From Bdellovibrionales bacterium (GTDB lineage Bacteria; Bdellovibrionota; Bdellovibrionia; Bdellovibrionales; UBA1609), in assembly GCA_050246815.1 (NCBI GenBank), contig JBFWVI010000046.1, forward strand, positions 1-24,428: 24,428 bases of DNA, written 5' to 3'. The notes beneath the pieces are model-generated. The model saw nothing but the letters and a program-made list of their open reading frames with translations, was not told where the DNA came from and ran no database searches. Position 1 is the first letter of the stretch. Each line of letters starts with the position of its first letter. Shown here in pieces: positions 16,991 to 24,428 of the stretch. Position numbers and translations under genes: made by a program.

Positions 16991-17215
16991 TTATTTAGTT
17001 GCCTCACACACAACTGCAGTTGTGTTGCCTTTTGTTTCTTTCACTTCAATATTCTGAGATTTAATAAGCTCCAAGATTGCTGTGCGTGCGCAGCTTTCGC
17101 GCGGTGTCCATGCTTGATCGTCAGATAAAATTTGAGATGCAGAATTTGTTTGTGAAAATGCTGCATTCGACGTCAAAGCGATTAGGGCGGTCACTAAAGA
17201 GGTCGCATATCTCAT
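16991..17215 (-). CDS. Small secreted protein; candidate peptide/RiPP precursor (74 aa)
   Basis: AAGGAG 5 nt before the ATG at 17215; Sec-type signal MRYATSLVTALIALTSNAAFS; mature part has 2 Cys and several Ser/Thr; first gene of the operon. Confidence 0.72.
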   Translation of the reverse strand: MRYATSLVTALIALTSNAAFSQTNSASQILSDDQAWTPRESCARTAILELIKSQNIEVKETKGNTTAVVCEATK

Positions 17216-17486
17216 TGGATCTCCTTTGTTGGACATCTTCTAACAAAGTAACCCGAACACGTCGAGACACGACGATTAAAAAGCGAGGATTTTGGTAAGA
17301 AATATGCCAAAAACATGCGCTCAACGCGATTTTGTTTAATTAGAGATACTTAAAACATAAAAATAATTCAAAAAAACTCACGCTCTAGGCTTTCGCAAAA
17401 CATAGGGGCGGCAGATCTTAGTAACATAATGTTTTGTGGTGACAAAAAATGGCAGCCGTAAATTGTCCCTGTAATATCAATGACCT

Positions 17487-17501
17487 GTCTCATTTTGAGA
17501 C
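17487..17501. promoter_or_regulatory. Palindromic putative operator in divergent intergenic region
   Basis: GTCTCA-TTT-TGAGAC perfect 6-3-6 inverted repeat. Confidence 0.45.
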
Positions 17502-17604
17502 TTTAGGCGTCAAAATTAAAATGGACTACTCTGAGTGGGTCGTAGTAAGGCCTTATTCTTGCCTATATGTACGATATCCGCAAAGTGGCGGAGGGAGAAA
17601 AGAA

Positions 17605-18618
17605 ATGGCTGTTAGCATTAAAACCAATATAAGGAATCTAGCAACAGTGATCGCTGGTGTTTTGGTTTTAGGAGCTATGGCATCAGCATCTGAGCCTTGC
17701 TCCAAAAAAGGTTTGGGTTACGTAACCAAAGCCATTTTGTTAGCTGCGGCCAATGAAAATCAATTACAAGGAACGTTAAGAAGTGATCGCAGGGTGCTTG
17801 TTTCAGAGTTGAAAGCGATTAATGGCATTAGTGCAGAGGCAGTGAGAGCCGCACAAGCGGTAGCCCGCGCGTCAGTCGAGATCTCAGAATCTACAAAAAA
17901 TGGTGAAATGCTAAACCCACTGTTCGGAACTGGTTTTCTGTATGGAGATCGCTGTCATGTCCTTACAGTTCGTCACAATGTTAACAAGAGTACCATTATA
18001 AAAAATGCTTCTGGTCATAATCAAATTAAACTCGATGGCGAATCAAATCCTGAGGGTGCTCTCGTTAAGATAAGTCATGGTCTAATATCAGGTGATAGAC
18101 GAATAGAGAATTCGGGGCGTGTGCTTAAAACAGGTACGCTAGCAGCGGGTTTAGATGGTGACTGGGCACTGATTCGGTTGGCTCAGCCCGCACCTGTTGA
18201 AAAAGTGCCGGTTTTTGTTGGAGAAGATAAAGAGATGATTGGCACCGACATGATGCTGGTAGGCTTGCCAGCGGATATGAGCGGGAAAAAGGGCCAGCGT
18301 CAAATGGTTGTCGATCCTCAATGTAAAGGGTTGGCGATTGGGGCAGCGAAGCTGAATAATCAAGGTATTGTTACGAATTGTCTATCTGCCTCAGGTAACT
18401 CTGGTGGTGCAATTGCTGGACGTGTTTCAACCGATAAAGAGGGACGAGAGATTTGGGGAATTATTGGTATGCTTACTAATGCTAATCCTGGGCAAGTTGC
18501 AGCTGGCCCTTCGTCTAGTGATCAGGCTAGTCCTGGGGTGTTTTTAAATTTAAAAAAGATCGATGTGGAGGTTGCAGGCCACATCGAAAATGATAATGCA
18601 AAAAATCCCTGCAAATAA
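17605..18618 (+). CDS. Secreted trypsin-like (S1) serine protease
   Basis: Triad motifs VLTVRH, DWALIRL and GNSGG; signal peptide after the ATG at 17605, with GGAGGGAG upstream. Confidence 0.87.
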   Translation: MAVSIKTNIRNLATVIAGVLVLGAMASASEPCSKKGLGYVTKAILLAAANENQLQGTLRSDRRVLVSELKAINGISAEAVRAAQAVARASVEISESTKNGEMLNPLFGTGFLYGDRCHVLTVRHNVNKSTIIKNASGHNQIKLDGESNPEGALVKISHGLISGDRRIENSGRVLKTGTLAAGLDGDWALIRLAQPAPVEKVPVFVGEDKEMIGTDMMLVGLPADMSGKKGQRQMVVDPQCKGLAIGAAKLNNQGIVTNCLSASGNSGGAIAGRVSTDKEGREIWGIIGMLTNANPGQVAAGPSSSDQASPGVFLNLKKIDVEVAGHIENDNAKNPCK

Positions 18619-18678
18619 GATCGACAGAAAAAAACCATTATTCTTTAATTAAGGCACATCGAAGTTGCATCCGATAAT

Positions 18679-20553
18679 ATGGATGTGAGTCTGAATAAGC
18701 GTAATCTGTTATTTTGCGTGCTATCTCCTTTTGTTCTAGTGCAGGCCAATGCCACTATTACTATTCAAGATGGGTCACAGGGACAATCGTCTGAGTATTC
18801 GATTTTTGTTGTTCACAATGGAATATCGGACATTAAGCGTGGAGGGGCTTCTGGAGGGCTTCCTAAAAAATGGCTTATCCAATTAGCTGGTCAAATACAG
18901 ATTCATGATGTTTCGGGCTCGACTATTGATTCATCGACGTACTATTGGGTCAATGGGCATGACTTAATGCGCGCAGACATCCGATATCTTAAGCAAAAAG
19001 TTAAAAGCATAAAGCTATTTCGTCTTAAAAATCCTGTAATGGGTTTTGCCGAAAGCGTCACAGAAAAAAAAGCCGTTGGAGATAATTGTTCACCTGCGCA
19101 ATCAGCCATGAAGTCTGCCGATGCTCTACTTGATATTATTAGTAGAGATATTGAAGCCAGAGAAAATGGATGCGAACAACTAAATGAAATCTCAAAATTG
19201 AGAATAAAGAGATATCTAGATCTTGCTACAGGAGAGCTCTATCGAAAATGTATTCTTTCTTCTATAAAGGCTGAAGCCACTGATTTAAAGCAAGTAGAAA
19301 CGGCTCACCAAATACTTCTTGATCAATACAGGAGTCTAAAAGGCAATGATTTTGGTGTTCTGGTTCGTTGTGAGCCAATTTCACAGGGAGTCTCGTCCAT
19401 TTCATCTCTTGTGCCGCCCTCTTCAATAATTATGCGATATTCAGGAGGAAGACTTGACGAAAAGATTGATGACAATAGTTTCGCACACGAAGTCGCTCAT
19501 ATTATTCTTAGAAACGCGTGTCTTTTGGAGAAGCGGTTTGATTGCGCTGAATTAGGTGAAAATGAAAGCTTAGTTAATAAAGTAAGCAGCACTTTTTCTA
19601 AGTGTATGGAGTGTTCACCTCCTGGCTGCTATATGAAAGGGGGCGTAAACGCTTCATTAGTTTCTGCTGCCGCCCCCGAAGAGATATCGCGGCAAGTAGC
19701 AAGCACGACTGGGGTGGATGTTTCGACAGTTGATATGGGCAATGTGCGGTTGCCGACGACGCCTCAGAAGATGCAGGAATTGGCTTATTTGCCGGCTGCG
19801 CAGGTGATGGCGGAGCGCGATCCTGATCGATATTCTTACGAAGTCGCGCGGATGGCGAAGGCGATGTTGAGACATGGCGAGAAATTGTTTGGTGCGATTA
19901 AAACCAAAGTGCCGGATTTTTCGGTTTTGCCTTATGCGGATGCGACTACGGCCGACTTGCAATTGACTCGCTACAAATCTGATGTGCAAATACCCGGCGG
20001 GACTTCGCAGGGTAAGACAGCGGTGGCACAAATCGATGGCGCTTTGGTTAAGCCAACCAGAAAAGGACGAGCCGAGTCCATTCAGCAGCGCGGGTCTCAG
20101 CGCGAAGGCGAGAGTGAAGACGCGGACGCCTTTAACGACGATGCCAGCAGTTCATCTGGTGGCGGTTCGAGCAGTCGAGGTGGTTCGGCCGGCGGAATCG
20201 CGATCGCCACCTCTGGCGGCGGTAAAGCAGCTAAAGGTACAGCTAAAAATAAGGCCGGTAATCCACCCGCAGCTTCCGCAGGCAATGACCGAACTCCAGC
20301 CGCGATCAATCAGAGTCAATTTAAACCTGAAGAGGTGGCCAAGGCCCTAAAAACCGAACTGGGTGGCGAAGTTATGGCCAAATTGCAAAACGCAGCATTT
20401 GTAAATGTACTGGCTAACAAGCTGAAAATTGCAATTTTTGATTTGGCAAACAACCAGTATGGTGCCGAGCCTGGCCGAGCTTCTAGCTGCTACATCATCC
20501 GCGATATGACACGTAAACTGACTCCTATCAACTGCGTTGGTCGCAAAAAATAA
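18679..20553 (+). CDS. Secreted hypothetical protein with HEXXH motif and Gly/Ser-rich linker
   Basis: 624-aa ORF, N-terminal signal (..FVLVQANA), FAHEVAHII, many Cys, SSSSGGGSSSRGGSAGG linker. Confidence 0.75.
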   Translation: MDVSLNKRNLLFCVLSPFVLVQANATITIQDGSQGQSSEYSIFVVHNGISDIKRGGASGGLPKKWLIQLAGQIQIHDVSGSTIDSSTYYWVNGHDLMRADIRYLKQKVKSIKLFRLKNPVMGFAESVTEKKAVGDNCSPAQSAMKSADALLDIISRDIEARENGCEQLNEISKLRIKRYLDLATGELYRKCILSSIKAEATDLKQVETAHQILLDQYRSLKGNDFGVLVRCEPISQGVSSISSLVPPSSIIMRYSGGRLDEKIDDNSFAHEVAHIILRNACLLEKRFDCAELGENESLVNKVSSTFSKCMECSPPGCYMKGGVNASLVSAAAPEEISRQVASTTGVDVSTVDMGNVRLPTTPQKMQELAYLPAAQVMAERDPDRYSYEVARMAKAMLRHGEKLFGAIKTKVPDFSVLPYADATTADLQLTRYKSDVQIPGGTSQGKTAVAQIDGALVKPTRKGRAESIQQRGSQREGESEDADAFNDDASSSSGGGSSSRGGSAGGIAIATSGGGKAAKGTAKNKAGNPPAASAGNDRTPAAINQSQFKPEEVAKALKTELGGEVMAKLQNAAFVNVLANKLKIAIFDLANNQYGAEPGRASSCYIIRDMTRKLTPINCVGRKK

Positions 20554-20556
20554 CTT

Positions 20557-22620
20557 ATGAAAAAGAAGCCGATCATATTTGTTGCGCTGGTAGGATTTTG
20601 GCTGGGATATGTGACAATCTCTTTGAGTCAGTACTTTTACCTGATGGATTCAGTCGTTGAGGCGGATAATCAGCGAAGATTTCGCCACATTGATTACGAA
20701 ATGTTTTTGGCAAGCGGTCTTTTAGCAACAGGCGAAGTGGAATCCTTGATCGAAAATTTGGATGAGTCCAGTAAGACGAAAGAATTCGACTTTTATTTAC
20801 TTAAAGATGGCAAAGATCTTATTTCATTTTATAATCCGGGCTACAGCAAAGACCAAACCCTGGCGCAAGAGTTTGCTTTCGGCACCTGGATGTCTAAAGA
20901 CAACAAAGTGGGGTGGCGCACGATTAAAGTGCGTGACTACACTTTGACAATCGGCATTCAGCCACGTGGCAGTGAATACATATTGCGGATTGCCTCAAGT
21001 TCTAAGTGGGGTCTTATTCCTGATATCATCATCGTGACCCTGTTCTTTGGACTTTTGATCTATGCGGTTTTGAAAGATATTTTGGATTTAACCAAACTAT
21101 TGCAACTCAAGGATCGCACTTTAGCTCGTGGCGTGAAAGCCCGGACCAAGGAGGCCGAAGTTTTACGTGCGGTCACTTCGCAATATGAGCAGATTTCACA
21201 TTCCTTAAAACTGAGCAATCAAACCTTCGCGGATTCTTTAAGCCCAGCTGTGCGCTACGAGTTGGCTGAAAACACGCTTGCCCCACACTTATTTGACGCT
21301 GCAGTCGTGAGGGTCGACGTCAACGGCTACACTCAAATGTTTTTAGAGAAAAAAGATGAATTCGTGACAACCACACTGAACACGTACTTTCAAAAGGCAT
21401 CTGAGGTCATTCAGCGTTACCAGGGGCACATCTACCAGTACGTGGGTGATGAAATCGTCTTTCACTTTAAGGCTGTGGATCATCAAGACCCAGTTGCTGT
21501 AGCCGTTAGCTGCGTGCGGGGGCTTTTTGAGATCGCTCAAGATATGGACGAAGAGCTGAAGCCCAAGGGAGTACCTTTTGTGGTCAAAGCAGCCATAGTC
21601 AGCGGACGCATGCGCTTTATCAATCTAGACACGGGATATGCGTTTGCCGGATTGCCGTTGATTGAATCCGTGCGAATGCTGGGAAAAATTGATGAGCGCG
21701 AAAATAATATCGTCGCCCTTTATAGCGAGGACTTTAAGGGCTGTACAAATTTGGCCGAGCCATTCAAGAAAATGACAGTTGCCTTCAAAGGATTTGCCAA
21801 ACAAAGTGAAATCGTTGAAGTGAAAGATTTCAAAAAAGTTGAAGATTTCTTGGATGAATTAAGAGGTCATCCGCATCAGTTCAAAAACATTGGTCTTTGG
21901 CGCTCAGATCGCGATCTTGGTGCCTTGCTTAAGTATTTGAGTCATAACCTGCAAACTTTAAAACGTGATGAATTTTTAGAAATTTACAAATGCTTAAAGG
22001 CTTTTAGTATTCAGCGAACCACAGGGCAAGTGACGGAGGAGTATATCCATCTATTGGCCGCTGCCAACCAGCATGCAGCGGCCATGATGCTGATGACAGA
22101 TTCAGACAAGGACGCTCAGATCGAGATGTCCGGTCTTATCCTAGCCTCAGTTGTCGCCTTAAGTTCGCAAGTTTTGCGTTCAGGCGTTTTGAATGAAGCG
22201 GTTCGCCATAATTTAGAGAAGAATTTGAATCATCCCGACCAGCGGGTTCGCGCCAATACGATTCTGGCATTGGATGAGCTGGCTCCGGAAAGTTATTCGT
22301 TTCGCGAGATCTTCAGTTCGCCCGACAACAGGGCTGCCGCTGACGCTTTGATGGCTCAGGGCAAACATGAATATTCAACCGAAGTGCATCGGTTTTTAAG
22401 AAACTTTTTAAAATCCGATGATCCATTTTTTGTCGCCAGTGGTCTTTATGTGATGAGTTATTTGTATGATCACCATCGTCGATCGGATTCGGTGTATTTT
22501 GCCGCCAATGCTGAGCTGCAAGAGATTCCCGATCTGCTGCAAGCGGTCCACCAAAATCCCGATCCCATGGTGCGGCGGCGTCTTGCGGTGTCTGAAAAAA
22601 TCATTCACAAGGCGGCCTGA
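20557..22620 (+). CDS. Membrane-anchored adenylate/guanylate cyclase (class III) domain protein with C-terminal HEAT-like repeats
   Basis: Two TM segments, VRVDVNGYT and YVGDEIV metal-binding Asp motifs; HPDQRVRANTILAL, DDPFFVASG and PDPMVRRR HEAT-like motifs. Confidence 0.82.
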   Translation: MKKKPIIFVALVGFWLGYVTISLSQYFYLMDSVVEADNQRRFRHIDYEMFLASGLLATGEVESLIENLDESSKTKEFDFYLLKDGKDLISFYNPGYSKDQTLAQEFAFGTWMSKDNKVGWRTIKVRDYTLTIGIQPRGSEYILRIASSSKWGLIPDIIIVTLFFGLLIYAVLKDILDLTKLLQLKDRTLARGVKARTKEAEVLRAVTSQYEQISHSLKLSNQTFADSLSPAVRYELAENTLAPHLFDAAVVRVDVNGYTQMFLEKKDEFVTTTLNTYFQKASEVIQRYQGHIYQYVGDEIVFHFKAVDHQDPVAVAVSCVRGLFEIAQDMDEELKPKGVPFVVKAAIVSGRMRFINLDTGYAFAGLPLIESVRMLGKIDERENNIVALYSEDFKGCTNLAEPFKKMTVAFKGFAKQSEIVEVKDFKKVEDFLDELRGHPHQFKNIGLWRSDRDLGALLKYLSHNLQTLKRDEFLEIYKCLKAFSIQRTTGQVTEEYIHLLAAANQHAAAMMLMTDSDKDAQIEMSGLILASVVALSSQVLRSGVLNEAVRHNLEKNLNHPDQRVRANTILALDELAPESYSFREIFSSPDNRAAADALMAQGKHEYSTEVHRFLRNFLKSDDPFFVASGLYVMSYLYDHHRRSDSVYFAANAELQEIPDLLQAVHQNPDPMVRRRLAVSEKIIHKAA

Positions 22621-24113
22621 TGCGCGAATGGTTTGGCCCCCACGTGAATTCGACAGATTTGGCAGTGGGGCCGTCAGCAGTCGATCCAAAAGCATACAGT
22701 TATGCCGAGCTGTGGGATCTGGCCCAAACTGTTCGTGCTTACTTGGTTCAGCCACAAAAACCAATCTTGCTTTTAGCGCAGCGAAGTGCCACCAGTTACG
22801 CGGCAATTTTGGCGGCGATAAGTGCGGGTTGCTATTTTGTACCCTTAAACCCGCGTTGGCCGCTGGCACGCCAGCAGGCGGTGGTTGACGCAGTTGCTGG
22901 GATACAAGTTTTCTTTGAAGATCGTTTTCGGGTCCAGGCAGAAGCTTTGACAATCAAAGAAAAGATCAATCTGACAAAAATGCGGCCAGCAATGAAAAAG
23001 AATTTGCATTGGTCGGCTTATAATCCAGAACAGTTAGCCTACGTTCTTTTTACATCGGGTTCCACCGGTCGACCAAAGGGTATACAGGTGACCCGCGGGA
23101 ATGTAGAATCGTTTTTGCGATCCATGCAAAGCGCGCTTCCCTTAACTAAGCCAGATCGACTGACGCAAAGCTATGACTTGAGTTTTGATCTAGGGGTAGG
23201 GGAAATCTTTTGGGCGCTCAGTAGCGGAGCTTCATTGCATCCGCTTGAACCTGGTGAGCTGCCGTTTCTGGATCGTTATCTTAACAAGGCTCAACCTACA
23301 ATCTGGAGCTCAACGCCTTCCATGGTGCAATTTTTGATTTCGCAAAAAATTTTAAGCGAGCAAGAAAATTCCTCGATTCGTGCAAGCCTATTTTGCGGGG
23401 AAAAGCTTTGGTCGAAAACGGCGTCGGCTTGGTCAAAGAAAGCTAAAAATAGTCAGATCTTCAATTTCTATGGTCCTACGGAAGCAACTGTTTATGCAAC
23501 TTTTCATTTGTGGCGACCGAACGCTCACAATACAATCACTGGGGTTCCGATCGGTAAGCCCTTACCACATATGCAAATAAGAATAGTGAATGAACAAGGA
23601 CAGCAAAAGCAAAGTGGAGAGTTGTGGCTAGGTGGCCCTCAAATTGCCAAAGGCTATCTTGGTGAAGAGAGCCTAAACCACAAAAATTTTTTCGAAAAAG
23701 ATGCAGTCAGGTGGTTCGCCACCGGCGACTTGGTCAAAGTGAATGAAGAAAAAGATCTCGAATTTTTAGGACGCCGAGATCTTCAGGTGAAAATCCAAGG
23801 TCATCGTATGGAACTTGGCGAGATTGAATCGGTGGCGATGGAAGTGATCGCTCCGCTTTCTTGTGCGGCCTTGGCTCTTCCGCGCCCAGAAGGGGCCGAA
23901 GGGGATCATTTTTTAATTTTGGTGATTCACGGTGCTATTAGCTCAGAGCAGCATCAAAAGCTGAAAGCCCGCCTGGCGCAAGTGCTGCCGTCTTATGGTG
24001 TGCCTGAAGATATTATTCAGGTTCATGAATGGCCACTGAATGAAAGTGGAAAGCTGGATCGTCGTCAGTTGAGCGAAATCGTTTTAAAAAGAATTAGCTT
24101 AGCAAGCCTCTGA
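22620..24113 (+). CDS. Stand-alone amino-acid adenylation enzyme, DltA-like (D-alanine--carrier protein ligase-like)
   Basis: FTSGSTGRPKG, SFDL, WSSTPS, LFCGE, NFYGPTEAT, TGD, GHRMELGEIE, SGKLDR. Confidence 0.88.
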   Translation: MREWFGPHVNSTDLAVGPSAVDPKAYSYAELWDLAQTVRAYLVQPQKPILLLAQRSATSYAAILAAISAGCYFVPLNPRWPLARQQAVVDAVAGIQVFFEDRFRVQAEALTIKEKINLTKMRPAMKKNLHWSAYNPEQLAYVLFTSGSTGRPKGIQVTRGNVESFLRSMQSALPLTKPDRLTQSYDLSFDLGVGEIFWALSSGASLHPLEPGELPFLDRYLNKAQPTIWSSTPSMVQFLISQKILSEQENSSIRASLFCGEKLWSKTASAWSKKAKNSQIFNFYGPTEATVYATFHLWRPNAHNTITGVPIGKPLPHMQIRIVNEQGQQKQSGELWLGGPQIAKGYLGEESLNHKNFFEKDAVRWFATGDLVKVNEEKDLEFLGRRDLQVKIQGHRMELGEIESVAMEVIAPLSCAALALPRPEGAEGDHFLILVIHGAISSEQHQKLKARLAQVLPSYGVPEDIIQVHEWPLNESGKLDRRQLSEIVLKRISLASL

Positions 24114-24330
24114 TTCTTTCGACCGTGTCAATATCCATAAGCTCTTGTACGCTTTTCTGTGTGGTCAGACCGAACTCCTTTTCTAAACGCAGAATCAACT
24201 TCACGGCGGCCATGGAATCAAGGCGTCCGCTGACAAATAAAGAATCCGAATCCGAGAAGGAAGGTGTTTGGTTGTTGTCATTCATCAATTCTTGAATCAC
24301 TTCACGAATTTTAATCTTTAACTGATCCAT
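24094..24330 (-). CDS. Acyl/aminoacyl carrier protein
   Basis: 78 aa from MDQLKIK; SLFVSGRLDSMAAVKL phosphopantetheine site, LEKEFG, DTVERI. Confidence 0.87.
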   Translation of the reverse strand: MDQLKIKIREVIQELMNDNNQTPSFSDSDSLFVSGRLDSMAAVKLILRLEKEFGLTTQKSVQELMDIDTVERIRGLLS

Positions 24331-24331
24331 C

Positions 24332-24428
24332 TTAAGATGCCATGCCGAATAAAATTTTAAGTAACGCGATATTGTATTTGAACAGACCGGCGAACTGCTC
24401 ATCGAATATGCGAATGACGGCGAAGGCC
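24332..24428 (-). CDS. C-terminus of upstream membrane protein (partial), possibly MBOAT/DltB-like
   Basis: Open frame ...AFAVIRIFDEQFAGLFKYNIALLKILFGMAS* ends 1 nt before the ACP ATG; hydrophobic. The family is guessed from context. Confidence 0.45.
   Translation of the reverse strand, partial: AFAVIRIFDEQFAGLFKYNIALLKILFGMAS

Noticed and set aside
17449..17604. N-terminal extension of the protease ORF
   Set aside because: RBS and signal peptide fit ATG 17605; the extension spans probable promoter DNA.
20140..20225. Gly/Ser-rich stretch as a DNA tandem repeat
   Set aside because: Codons vary; it is a low-complexity protein linker.
20557..22620. Pycsar-type anti-phage system
   Set aside because: The cyclase has a 2-TM sensor architecture, and the CNB protein is 7 kb away with no TM or TIR effector domain.
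22408..22953. 181-aa antisense ORF and other short overlapping ORFs (e.g. 5984-6439, 8936-9367, 19657-20031, 17077-17298)
   Set aside because: Shadow frames over well-supported genes, with no motifs or RBS.
22620..24330. NRPS biosynthetic cluster
   Set aside because: No condensation or thioesterase domain in view; motifs are DltA-like.

Overview
Bacterial window; secreted Cys-rich hypotheticals and an 'RTPA' motif suggest a Bdellovibrionota-like organism, but this is inference. From left to right: the right end of an IS481-like element beside tRNA-Pro(CGG); dedA and yhhQ; two secreted proteins; a divergent arginine cluster (argG-argH / argC-argJ-argB-argF-argR, no argD) with palindromic ARG boxes; a cupin; and a tandem cNMP-binding protein. 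An AT-rich island (~13.25-19.65 kb) follows. It holds the most interesting system: a tightly packed operon of small secreted peptide, OppA-type binding protein, stand-alone YcaO and orphan sensor histidine kinase, divergent from a trypsin-like protease and an HEXXH protein. This is a candidate YcaO-modified peptide (RiPP) signalling module. The window ends with an atypical class III cyclase coupled to a DltA-like adenylation enzyme, facing an acyl carrier protein and a possible MBOAT C-terminus.
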